Shown here in pieces: positions 34,501 to 46,600 of a stretch of 64,000 nucleotides of DNA. Position 1 is the first letter of the stretch. Each line of letters begins with the position of its first letter. The notes under the pieces were generated by a model that searched no databases, was not told where the DNA came from, and worked only from the letters and a program-made list of their open reading frames with translations. The translations under genes were made by a program, and so were the position numbers. Location: contig JAIVFI010000015.1 in the NCBI GenBank assembly GCA_025558095.1, positions 62,001 to 126,000 of the forward strand, written 5' to 3'. This DNA comes from Hyaloraphidium curvatum SAG 235-1 (lineage: Eukaryota > Fungi > Monoblepharomycota).

Positions 34501-35641
34501 CGTGCAGATGCACCCTTCAGGCGTCTTTGCTTCCCATCCCGACTGGGCCCTCCCCGGCGACGCGGGGGACCCCCTGGGCGAGCAGGGGACGCTGCAGGCT
34601 CTGCATCGCCGCAGGACGCTGGGCGAGCTCCTCTGCTACCAGAACTTGGTCGAAACGAGCGGCAAGCCGTACCTGGTCAACGTGATGAAGGTGCCGAGCG
34701 TGCATGCCGCGCTGCTCTTTTCCAGGAGCATCGACACGAGCCCCGATCTGTCGAGGCTGCTCGTGGATGATTGGATCGAGCTGAAGTTTGCCGATCCGCA
34801 CGTTGCCGAACGGGCGCTCGTGCTGGCGAGCTGGTTGAGGACAGCTTGGGATTATGTCGTCACGCAGAGCCTTCAGGGTCTGCTGGCGAGCTTGACGCCC
34901 GAAGCAGCGGAACGCGTGGCGCGCAGGCCCCCACCTCCGCCGTCTATTGCCGGCAGCGCCAAGGCGAAGCTGCCTCCCGCGCTGGATCGAATCCGGGACG
35001 ACATCAACCAGATTCTCTCCTGGGATCCGGCCGCAGAAGACGGCGACGAGGCTGCCACGGCGGACGAGGTCGCTCAGGCGTTGGCGGATTTCTTGGACAC
35101 GGATCTTGGCAAGGGATGCACCGTGGTCATGGCGCGGCAGACCGAGATCCGCGCCCTCTTCCCGCGGTACGATTTCGCGGCCATGGAAGGCGACAAGCCC
35201 GGCATCCCCGTCACACCTTTCCTGCGCTATGGATCGCTGCCTGCACTAGGCTCCGCGAATTTCTACTCGCTACCGCCGCCGAATATGGCAGCATACTATC
35301 GCTGCGGCTACTGCGGCGGTTTCGAGGGCGTCGTGACCCGCGAGCAGGTGGACGAGCACCTCGGCGCCTGCGTGGAGTACAATGGTGTGGTCAAAGTGCC
35401 CCGAGCTCCGAGGAAAAGCAAGGATGAGCTTGCCAAGGAGCAGGCAGACGCCGCGGTCGAGGAAGCCCGGAGAAAGGACGAAGAGCGGCGCAGAGCGATC
35501 ACCGGCGGGGCGAACTGGGCGTGTGACCGGTGCGGGGAAGTGCTGAGGCAAGGGACGCCGGTGGAGATACTCAAGCACAAGCGGTCCTGCGTTGGCAGGG
35601 TCGGGTTGCCGGACGCCGAGGCGAACGGATCTCTTTCTTGA
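31590..35641 (+). CDS. DHX34: DEAH-box RNA helicase, DHX34-like
   Basis: GDTGCGKST, QPRR, DEVH, SAT, STNIAETS, QRAGRAGR, HA2/OB regions and a C-terminal CDRC…PVEILKH resembling the DHX34 tail. Three introns. Confidence 0.8.
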
Positions 35642-35921
35642 TTCCTTTTGCTGTTCAGATACTGGTCATTTCATTCAGAGTCTTTACACATTCTTCCACG
35701 ATGCAGAACGTTCCCGAGCCAAAATCCACCATAAGTTGCTGTCCTCATTGTCACGAGTGGTATCCGATACTCTCTACAGAATCAAAGCGGCCGGTCGACG
35801 AGACCCTCCCGCGCCAAGCACAATCAAGGGAAATCGAGTGTCCGTTGTACAACTCCATTTACGCTGGAGAGCGAAATGATGGTCAGAGACTGACCAGGCC
35901 GCCAAGGTTGCGGTCGCTTGT

Positions 35922-36329
35922 TCAAGGGCACGTCGCGGCCCGGAAGGGCTTCTCCGGGAAGAAATTCCCCGTGGCATGAACCTTGACTTTGCGCTTGCGC
36001 GGAAGGAAAGCCAGCCACGAGGGGGTTCCCGTCTGCCCGTCCTTCTGCTGACCGACAGGTGACGGCTCTTGCTGCTCGGCCGGGCAGACCGGTAGCGGCC
36101 GCTGCGCTCTCGGCAGAGTAAGCCGGCCCTTTGCGGACTCGAGGAGCCCGATAGCGTCCAGCAGGGTGTCCTCCTCGTCGGCAAGCTCCGGACGAGGAAA
36201 AGCGACTAATGAACACGGCGACGGCGGCGGGTCCGGCCCCTCCGCGTCGGAGCTCGCAAGCGAGTCGTCAGAGTCCATAGCTTCTAAGGAAAGCGCCTCG
36301 AGAAGCGGCAGCAGCGCCGCCGAGGCCAT
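35922..36329 (-). CDS. Hypothetical protein
   Basis: 135-aa ATG ORF in a good context (cccATGg), acidic N-terminal half; no recognisable domain. Confidence 0.4.
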   Translation of the reverse strand: MASAALLPLLEALSLEAMDSDDSLASSDAEGPDPPPSPCSLVAFPRPELADEEDTLLDAIGLLESAKGRLTLPRAQRPLPVCPAEQQEPSPVGQQKDGQTGTPSWLAFLPRKRKVKVHATGNFFPEKPFRAATCP

Positions 36330-36889
36330 GGGTGTGTTGGAAAAGATTGTCCTTGGGGACCGTCGTCATCGAGGCTGTGGCGGTGCCGCCGCCGACCGCG
36401 CGCCGCCCCAGGTCATCGACCTTCCAGTCGATTCCCTAACTCTGTCGCGGCGCCTTGCAGCCGGGAAACAATCATTTGAGTCGAGAACAAGGAAGAGCTG
36501 CAGGTCAGTGTGTGACAAAATCTTCACAGCGTCCAAGCCGGACGAGCCAACACCATGGTCGGATCCATCAGGAGCGCTCGGCATCGACAACATCAACATT
36601 ATTGAGCGCCAGTAATACGTACGTAGATCATCACTCTGTTCGCCCCCTCGACGTCCCCGCTTCGCCTGATCTCCGTCCGCCGCGCTTCCAGGGCGCTGGG
36701 CACCGCGTCCGACAGACAGTCAATCCACCCTCCCGAGCCCGAGAACCAGCATCTGGCGAACCGCAGGTTCCACCGAGCGTGCGCCGTGAAGAACAGATGG
36801 GATTCCCGAAAGGGAAATCCCCGTGTGCTGATCTCACAATCGACGTTGAGCTCCCTCCACGAGATCCTCCCCATGCCTGGTGGTCAGCG

Positions 36890-37940
36890 TCACATAAAAT
36901 CTTCCTCGTAATCCTGGAACCCTTTCTCCTCGGCCTCGCCGTTCTCGGCAAACTCGTAGTTCGTCTTGGCCAGGTTCTTCTCGTCCGAGAAAACGTCCGC
37001 GTAGGACTGGATCTGGGCAGCTTTGGCGCGCTCGGTCGCGAGAGCCTGCTCCGCGTCCTTCTGCAGGCCGAAACGGTAAAGGCAGCAGGATTCCATCCAC
37101 ATGCAGATCGGCCAGCGACGAGAGACCAACTGTCAGACAGACAGTAAGAACGCCGGGCCAAGTCAACTCGCCTTCTTCTTCTCCTCGTCTCGCGCCAGTT
37201 TCCGCTCCCCTCGATCCCGCTCGACCTTTTCCTTCTCGAGATCCGGGTACCTTTCGTCCCGTGTCTTCATCAGCCTGGACAAGATGGTCAATTGAAGGGT
37301 CTGGGCGGCCAGATGGGCAAGGACACCGACCGGTTGACGATGGCATTGATCCTCGTCTCCACGTGGATCTTTTTGACGAGCTTGTCCTTGTGGAAGGTGA
37401 CCTGGCCGGTCTCCATTCCCGCCTGCTTTTTCAGGTTCGCCCACGGCGTGTACAGGATCGTGATGTTGTCCTTCTTGTTTCCTGGGTGCCGGGAGGGAAC
37501 AAGATGTAAGGCCAGCTGAACTGCACAGAGCTGCAGGAGCGGCGCGGGAGCACCTTCGATGCTGTTTGCCTTGCACAGCTGCGCGCAGTCCACCAGGAGA
37601 TCCTTGTCGATGTTCTCCCAGCTCTGCCCCTTCCGCAGCCGCAAGTACACGTGTGCCGAGGAGAGCTTGTCGACGTGGAACCAGACGTCCTCCGGGAAAC
37701 CGTACTTGATGAGGTCCTCGTCTGCTCCGTTCCGAGCATCGCGTTCCGGCAAGCAGACAATCAGCATCCCGTGGAAAAGAAGCCGACCTGGTTGCCTCCG
37801 ACGACCCACTCTCGAACTTGTCCTTCCCCATGTAGATCGTGGCCGGTGGGTCGACGACTGGAAAGGCGCGCCGCGTTGGTCCTCGGTCCACACGAGTTCG
37901 GAACGCCGAACCGACCCGAGGACGTGAAGAAGTAGACCAT
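36890..37940 (-). CDS. CCDC25: CCDC25/Jlp2 (NFACT-R domain) protein
   Basis: [55 protein letters not shown], ending EEDFM*. Five introns, the last apparently GC-AG. Confidence 0.92.
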
Positions 37941-38064
37941 CTCCGCGAATGCTGTGGCCCGGCGGCCGATTAGGGCTCGGGAGGGTGGACAAGGGCGCAA
38001 CCAATGTGAAGGCGGACGCGCGCATAAACAAGCTGCGGCGTCGCCCCGACTCCACCCCAATCCG

Positions 38065-39465
38065 ATGAGCAGAAGACGGGAACGGCAGCGGTCTCCGCCC
38101 CGGACAGTGACCTGGAACGACTTTGACGGCGATGCTGCGGTCAAGGAGCTCGTGGACCACGCCGTCGTCAACTTCGCTCCAGGATTCGCCGCCCACCTAG
38201 CCGCGAACTACAACCAGCCCAGCGACTTTAGCCTAGGGGACGTCGGCGGCATATCGAATCGATATGAAGAGTGCTCCTTCGCGCCCATGCACACGCACCC
38301 GCTGAACGCGGTGCAGCACTGCAATCCCGGCGTGGGAGAGCCCGGCTGCCTTGAAGAAGTGCTCGCGGGAGTGATGACCTTTACCCTCATGATCGAGGAC
38401 GAGCAGTTCCAGCACCGGAAAGAGGAGGACGAACGGTACTTTCGTTCCTACGCCGGTTCTTCCCCGGCGAATTGCTGCCGGATTGCGCGGCCCCGACGGA
38501 GATGACAGGCAGCTTGGGCCTGCAATTGTTCCGAGGCATATTCCCCGTGCTTAGGATGGTCATGTTGGCCTTTTCGGACCCGCAACGGAGGCGGAACTGG
38601 GACAGGCGGGGTTCTCGGCGACGCACCGTTTGAGCTGGGCCGGATCAAGACCGAAGTGTTCTCCGCCGTCTTTGGCTTTCCGGCCGAGATGAGCCAGCAG
38701 TTGGCAATGGCCCTCGGGGAGTCGCGTCCGGTGCGCAAGAGGATCGCCAAGGATTGCGAGTTCCTGGATGCCTTTGTCGCGGCCATCCCCTGCTTCAGGG
38801 GCTTTTCGCGGTCCTTCTACGCCGAGTCTCTGAGGAACGCGCACTGGGACTTGGTAGTCAAGGATCCAGTAGCATGGAAGAAGCTCACGGAGGACTCCGA
38901 GGAAGCGCTGGAGGAAGCGCTGGCGATGACGAGCAAAGCGGCAGGCACGCTCCTCCGCGTGTTTGCGCAGAAATCCGCGCCGTACCGGGATCACTGCCGG
39001 CAGCTTCGCGAGCAGGGCCTTATTGTCCCGATGGAGGAGCTGCTGAAGATGATTGACTTGTTGCTGCTTCTGCAGGACTCTGGTTTCGAAGAGGGCCGCT
39101 GGGACGACGTCATCCGCGACCTCCGAGCCATGTCGGAATGGCTCGACCTCTCGTACCGCTTGAGGTGCGGGGATCGCCCCCTAAAGGGGCCCCCGTTCGA
39201 CGTCCTGGCCCACAACCTCAGGTCCTGGGGCAAGGCAGACGACCTTTGCGACAACTGCACGGAAGTGCCGGCGCAGAGAAGGTGCGGCAGGTGCAAGGTC
39301 GCGCATTATTGCACCCCGGAATGCCAGCGTACGGCTTGGAAGGCAGGGCACAAGGAGACATGCTTTGACGCGGCCGACGCGGGTACGATCGCGGCGCGCG
39401 GCGGCGTGGAGCCGTGGGCTTTCGATCTTAAGACCATGCTTCATCTGGACGCTGCCCACACTTAG
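38065..39465 (+). CDS. MYND zinc-finger protein; possible frameshift near 38607-38611
   Basis: C-terminal CDNC…[27 protein letters not shown]. Putative intron 38456-38508, after which the frame needs one G removed from a G-run to join ORF 38656-39465. Confidence 0.6.
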
Positions 39466-39639
39466 TTTCGATGAAAGGGGACGGCAGCAAAGCATGTTGG
39501 CCACAAAAGTCTGATATTCTCGTACCGTCGCCACTTTTCTCCCGTCCTCCCCACCATTACGAATCGCCCACGAAACCGAGCGCCCGCCGTCCGCCTGCCC
39601 GCGCATAATCTACCCTTTACATGCTACACCGCGCGGCCC

Positions 39640-41995
39640 TCAGGCGTCCCCGCCCCCGCAGCACGAGCACAGGCCGCCAAACAGCCCGCCCGACTTCTTC
39701 GGAACCGGCGTCGACCCGCCCCCGATGGCCGGCACCGCGTAGGCGCTCGACAGGCCGCCCTGCGAACCCCCCTGGGGCCTCGTCGAGCTGCCGGCGTCGT
39801 TGGCCGCGGAGCTGGTGCGCCCCGCACCGCCGACGGGCGAGTTGGACGGCGACACGCCGAGCAGGTTCGTGGGCCGGGTGTCGTCCGTGGGCGCGGGCGA
39901 GGCGCCGGTGGGGGAGGCGGCCTTGTCGATCTGCAGGGCGGCGGGCTGCTGCGGCGCCTCGGGAAGGGGCTTGGAGGCGGCGCCGGGCTGCACGGGGGAG
40001 CCGGAGGAGGCGGAGGGGACGTCGGCCGGGCGGCGCGGGCCGGTGCCGGATCCGCCGTCGGCCTGCGCGGCGAAGGAGCCCGAGTCGCCGCCGCCGGTGG
40101 CGCCGTAGCCGAGGGAGCCGTTGAGCACCTGCACCGAGGCCGTTGTCGAGTGCACGCCGTTGGCAGGGCCGAGGCTGACGTTGAGCGAGCGCTCCGGGGC
40201 CGGCGTCGGGGGTTGCCCGGGCGCGGCGGGGGCGCGCACGGCCTGCGGGGAGGGCGGCGCAAGGCCGGGGGTCGCCGAGCCCGTCGAGATCTGCTGCGAC
40301 GACGGCATCCGCGCCGCGGCAGCGAGCTTATCCGCTTCGGCCGAGGCCGTCGCGGCGGGCGCGGCAGCGGCAGCGGCGGCACCAGCGGCGGCGGCGGCAG
40401 GGGCCGCGCCTCCGGATGCGTCGATGGCCGCCTGCTGCTGCGCGACCACCTGCGCCTGCTGCTGCCTGATCCTCTCCCTTTCGCGCTCCCGCTCCCGTTC
40501 CTTCTCGCGCTCGACGCGCTGCTGCTCCATGACCTTCATCCAGTCGAACACGCCGTCGTCCTGCTCGCCGATCTTCTTGAGCACGTTGGACATGAGGTTG
40601 CGCAGGTAGTCGTAGTCGGGCGTGTCCTCGAACCCGAGCTTGCGCACGTACGTGAGGTAGATCCCAAACTCCTCTGTGGGTCAACATGCAGACGGTCAGC
40701 ACTGCTCGCGACGACCGGTGTGAGCTATGACCCACCGGGATACCCCTCCACGAGCTCGTAGATCTTGGTCGTCTGCTTCTTCTCCCCGATCTTTTCGTAC
40801 TTCTGCTTGTTTGTTGCGGCCTTGAGCCCCTGCCAGGGCAGGCCCCCGCGCAGGAAGTACATGAACACGTGCCCCAGCGCCTCGAGGTCGTCGCGCCGGC
40901 TCTGCTCCCTCCCCAGGTGGGTGTTGATACTCATGTACCGCGCCGTCCCCGAGAGCGATTTGCGCTCGCGGTAGGGTATGTGCTGCTTCGTCTTCGGGTC
41001 GCGGTACTGCTTGGCCATGCCAAAGTCGACGAGGTAGATCATGGACGCCGGGTGCGGGTGCTCCTTGCTGTGGTTCTGCAGGATCGAGTTGGGGTCCCGC
41101 GGCATGGAGCCATTGGTCAGGGTGGACCCGTTGGTGAGGGTCGAGTTGGCGCTGACGGACGAGGGCTGCGCCGCGGGGTTCTCGGCCAGGGCGGCGGCGA
41201 CCGCCGCGGCGTGCTGCGCGGCGGCGGCGGAGGAGTACTTGGGGAGGCGGCCGATGAGGAAGTTGTCGGGCTTGATGTCGCGGTAGATGAGGTTGCGGTC
41301 GTGGATGGTCTGCACGCGCGTAATCTGATGGGCGGCTGGTGAGCGACATGCCGCGTGCCGACAACCAAGAAACAGCCCACCATCTGCTTGGCGGCCATGC
41401 AGACGGTCTTGACCGAGAATTTCCTGTTGCACAGGTCGAACAGGTCCTCCATGCTGGGGCCGAGCAGGTCCAGCACCAGCACATTGTGCAGCCCCTCGGT
41501 GCCGTAGTAGTACACGTTGGGGATCCCGACTGCGGGCGGAGCGGGTCAGCGGGGCCGCGGCGGCGGACGCGGGGGACGCACCGCAGCCGGCCAGCAGCTT
41601 GTAGGTGCGGTACTCGTCGCGCAGCTGCGGCGCCTCCGACTTGCGCGGCTCGAACTTGATTGCCACGGGACCGTTGTTTAGTAGGTTGACTCCTAAAATG
41701 CGGATGGCCGGCAGAGTGTTTTTCAAAGAGCGGGGAGGGGGACGGGGGTGAGCGCGGCCCCCGCGGCAGCCCGGCGCCTCGCACCCTCGTAGATGATGCC
41801 GAACGAGCCCTCGCCGATCTTCTTCCCGACCTTGTAGTGCACGCCGACGACGTTGGGCCCCGCCGCGTGCGGCTTGGCCGGCTGCGCGACGACCACGCCG
41901 GGCAGCCCCGGGCCGACGGCCGGCGCGTCCGTCTTGGCGGTGCCCGCCGTGGCGGACAGCCCCGGCGCCGGCGGCGTGGGCGCGGGCGCGGCCAT
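39640..41995 (-). CDS. Casein kinase I, Yck1/2-CK1gamma type
   Basis: [55 protein letters not shown]; C-terminal CSCC palmitoylation-type motif. Four introns. Confidence 0.95.
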
Positions 41996-42501
41996 GATGC
42001 TCAGGAGGAGGCCATTGGCGGGGGGCAGGGCGAAGCCGCGGCGGGCGGCCGAAGCATCACCCGACACCCGAGCCTGTGAAACACCCCGCACACGACGATC
42101 CTATCCATCGGGACAGGCGGACCGGAAACCGATCGCTCATCTAATCGGATGGATAAATCAGACTAGCTGAGGCTACATCGGGTCCCGCCAGGCCTTGCCG
42201 GCGCTCCTCGAGCATGTGGCCAACATCGCGACGCCTCCCACCCCTCTCGCACCCACAGATCGCGGCCAGACGCCCACATACTCTACCCACATGTGCCACT
42301 TTGGCCAACAAACAAGTTCCGGACCGGCGATCGCCCCGCCTGCGCGTCCGCCCCCATCCGGACCCTATCGCCCCGCCGATCGGGAACCGTCGGACCGCGC
42401 ATCACTTCCAACCCGGCCTTATTCTTGGCCCCCGGAACGCGCAGTTTCGGCAGGAACTTGGACATCGCGAACCTGCCCTCGAAGATGGGACCACGGCACG
42501 T

Positions 42502-43546
42502 CTAGTCAAACAGCCCAAAGCCCATGTCTCCCTCCTCCTCCTCCTCCTCCTCCTGCTTCTTCTTCTCCTCCTTCTTCCCGCCCTTCTTCTCCTCCGCCGC
42601 TGCCGGTGCAGCCTCGGCCGCGGCAGGTGCGCCGGATGCCGCGGGCGCGGGGCCGGATGCGGGCGCGCCGCCGACGGCGAAGAGGAGCGAGGCGATGTCC
42701 TTGCCTGCGAGAGCTGGAGGTGGAGGGTCAGCATGCGTTGACAGGAAGCGGAGGAACGGGCCGGGGTGGAGTACGGGTAGAGGGGGAAGGGCAGAGGTAC
42801 GGGAACAGGGATGCCGGCGATGCGATGCGGAGCGGCGGGCAGGATGGGCCCGCGGTTCCCATCCTGCCCTTCCTCATCCGCACCGCCATCCCGCCCCGTC
42901 CCCGGCCTTCAAGCCCCCTCAATCCCCTCCCCAACCCCGACCCGACCTCCGGTCGGCAAAACGCACCCTTGGCCATCAGCTTCGAGTAAATCGGCTCGAA
43001 CTCCTCGATCCCCGCCGCGTCGACGATCGCGTTGATCTTGTCGGGGGTGATCTCGGCGTCGGCATCCTGCAGGATCAGGGCGGCGTACTGGAGGGGGGAG
43101 CACGCAAGGTAACAGGGCACAGGGAGGAGGGCGGGGAGGGGGGAAGGGGGGAGCAAAGGCGGTCGAGGGGGAGCACGGTCATGGAACATAAGAGGAGAGG
43201 AGAGGGTGGACAGAAGGGAGGGAGGAGGAAGGGCGATTCCAGGGAAGGTGCGGAACGAGGAGGTCCCGCAGAGGAGGCAGCCCAAATATCCCGCAGCGAA
43301 CCCGATGGAAGCAGGCAGCGGAACCAGCACAGCCCAAATTCCAGTTCCATGGGGTCCAGGGAATTCCGGAGCGGTCCAGGGATGCCACCACCGCGTTATG
43401 TCCGACACGGAACCCGGTGCCCACGAACGAAACGGGAACCGTCAGCCCCCGCCCCCGCCTGCAGCCGCACGGCGTCAACGCACCACAGCCGCCTTGGTCG
43501 AGAGCGCCGCGGTATCGACCTCCTCCGAGTGGTGGTGGTGCACCAT
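42502..43546 (-). CDS. RPP1: 60S acidic ribosomal protein P1
   Basis: Exons 43546-43484, 43087-42967 (YAALILQDADAEITPDKI) and 42713-42502 (…EEEEGDMGFGLFD*). Confidence 0.9.
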
Positions 43547-43655
43547 TGTTGCGGGTGGACGGTCCGAAAAGAACGCTGGGTTAGCGTGACCTAGTGGGCG
43601 GAAGCTGGCAACAACCAAACATCACCGGCCGGGAGACGACGGCCGGCAGCCGGCG

Positions 43656-46600
43656 ATGGCGACGCCGCTGGCCAAGAAGAAGCCGGGCGCGGCGGGCGGC
43701 AGCGCACCGGCCACCCGCCCCGCGACGCCCGCGGCCCAGGGGACCCCGCACGCCGCCCGCACCCCCCGCCGGCCTCCGCCCCCTCCCCGCGACGGCGGCT
43801 TCAACGCGCCCGGCTTTGTTTACACCGCCCGCTTCCCGCCCGACACGAAGGACCCCGCGCAGCTGCCGCCGGGATGGGCCAACCTCGCCGGCCTGGCGCG
43901 CCCGCACATCGACGGCTTCGACGCCCTGACCGAGATCAGGACGCCCCAAGGGAGGGGGGAGGGGCTGCTGGCGCTGGCGGTCAAGGACATTCCCACCGTG
44001 GCAGTGTTTGACGGCATCGGACGGGGGGCGAACCCGGATCCGGCCGCGGGGCTGGGGAACAAGCTCGAACGTGGGTGGCTCTCCCGATGGGGCCCCTCCT
44101 CTCGTTCTCCACAACCTGATCTCTTCTTCTCCTGCCCGCCTGCTTCTCTTTGCCCTCGCCGCCGTACAGTCCAAATCCAGGGCATCCAGCTCGGCTCGCC
44201 CGTGCACCCCCCCGCGGCGCGCGCCGCCAACCCCGCCGTCTACCCGGCCGAGTGCCGCGAGCGCGGCTCCTCGTACCGCGGCAGGCTCACGGTACGCGTG
44301 GCATGGCGCGTCAACGGCGGCTCATGGAACGCGGCGTGGAAGGAGGGCGGGATGATGCCGGTGATGGTCAAGGTGGGTCGTTCCTCCCCCCTCCCGCTCC
44401 ATGGTTCGCTCACCGCCGCCCCGCTTCAGTCCAACAAGTGCAATCTGCACCCCCTTCCCCCCTCCCAGCTCGTCGCGCGGGGAGAGGACCCCACCGACTT
44501 CGGCGGCTACTTCGTCGTCAACGGCATCGAGCGCCTCATCCGCCTCCTCGTCGTCCCGCGCCGCAACTACCCCACCGCCATCGTCCGCGGCGGCTTTGCG
44601 CGGCGCGGCGGGGGCTACACCGAATACGGCGTGCAAATGCGCTGCGTGCGACCCGACGAGACCTCGCAGACCGTCACGCTGCACTACCTCTCCACGGGGG
44701 AGCTCAACTTCCGCTTTTCGTTCAGGAAGCAGGAGTACATCGTGCCCCTGGTCATGCTCCTGAGATGCATCGGGTTCGGCCCCGAGGACACCGCCGGCGA
44801 GGTCTCGGACCGCGAGCTCTTCGCCAGGCTCTGCGGGCCCGAGGGCCAGTCCGACACGTGGCTCACGGACCGGATCGAGCTCCTCCTGCGCGGCTTCAAC
44901 GCGCGCTTCCCCTCCCTGCGCACCAGGAAGGCGTGCATGGAGTACCTGGGGAGCAGGTTCCACGTGATGCTGGACTCGCCCGAGGACTGGACCGACGAAC
45001 AGGTGGCGCGGGAGCTTGTGCGGAGGGTGGTGTGCGTGCACGTGGGGTGGGAGGGCAAGGGGGACGTGCTCATGTGAGTTCGCTCTTCCGCCTGGGAAGG
45101 CATCGGAGGTGGAAGTCGGGCTAACAACGATCCGCAGAGCAATGGCGCAGAAGCTCTACTCCCTCGTCCGGGGCGCCTGCTCGCCCGACAACCCCGACAG
45201 CCCCGCGCACCACGAGCTCCTCCTCGGCGGACACCTCGTCGCGGCCATCGTCAAGGAGAAGCTCGGGGACTACCTTGCAGGGGTCAAGGCGCAGATCAGG
45301 CAGGATCTGAGGAGGAATCCCGCCGGGGTCAACTTCTCGGACGCCAAGTACCTGGCCAAGGCGATGGGCAAGGTCAACATGGACGTGGGGAAGAAGATCG
45401 AGTATTTCTTGGCGACGGGCAACGTGGTCTCGGGGACGGGGCTGGATCTGAGCCAGGTGGGCGTTGGAAGTCGGCCGGGAGCAAACCGTTTGCTCACACT
45501 CCACGCTTTCTCCTTCCCCACAGGTCTCGGGCTACACCATCGTCGCCGAAAAGCTCAACCACCTCCGCTACCTCAGCCACTTCCGCTCCGTGCACCGCGG
45601 CGCCTTCTTCGCCGAGCTCAAGACCACCACGGTCCGGAAGCTTCTCCCCGAGGCCTGGGGCTTCCTGTGCCCCGTGCACACGCCCGACGGCGCACCGTGC
45701 GGGCTGCTGAACCACCTGACGGCCAGCTGCATCGTGAGCGGGAGCGCGGAGAGGGGCGGTGGGGGGGTGGTGGAGGCGGTGAGGGAGTGCGGGGTGGGGG
45801 GGGTGCCGCTGGTCGCGAGGGAGAAGAGCGGGGCGGGTCCTGCGGGTACTGCGGGTGACGGTTCCTCTTCGTCTTCTTCCTCCTCGTCTTCCTCTTCATC
45901 TTCCTCTTCGGACTCTAGCTCGGATTCGGATTCGGAATCTGGCTCGTCGTCGGACGCTGAGGCATCTTCGGGGAAGCAGCCCAACGGCGCCGGCAAGCGC
46001 AAGCGCGGCGACGCCACGGCCTCTGCCACGGACAAAGCCGATGTGCCTCCGCTCCCCAAGGCCGAGGACGCGGCCATGTGGGACCGGACGGTGACGGTGC
46101 AGCTCGACGGCCGCGTGATCGGGTGGTGCTCGGCGCGGACGGCGGCCAAGTGTGCGGGCCAGCTGCGCGAGTGGAAGCTCGCCGGCCGCAAGGGGATCCC
46201 CGCGGACCTCGAGATCGCCATGGTGCCGCCGTCCAAGGGCGGCGCGGCGCCCGGGCTCTTCCTCTTCTCGGGCCCGTGCCGGTTCGTCCGCCCCGTGCGG
46301 CACCTGGCCACGGGCGCCACGGACCACATCGGCTCGCTGGAGCAGGTCTACATGGACATCGCCTGCCTCCCCGGCGACGTGGTCCCGGGCGTCTCCACGC
46401 ACATCGAGATCGCCCCGACCAACGTGCTCTCGGTCGTCGCCAACCTCACCCCCTTTTCGGACTTCAACCAGTCCCCGCGCAACATGTACCAGTGCCAGAT
46501 GGGCAAGCAGACCATGGGCACGCCCGCGCTCGCGCTCCAGCGGCGGACGGACAACAAGATGTACCGGCTGCAGACGGGCCAGACCCCCATCGTCAGGCCG

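Noticed and set aside
44071-44429. Stop-free introns of 3n length (RPA2 and others) as regulated retention
   Set aside because: Expected by chance in short GC-rich introns; there is no independent support.
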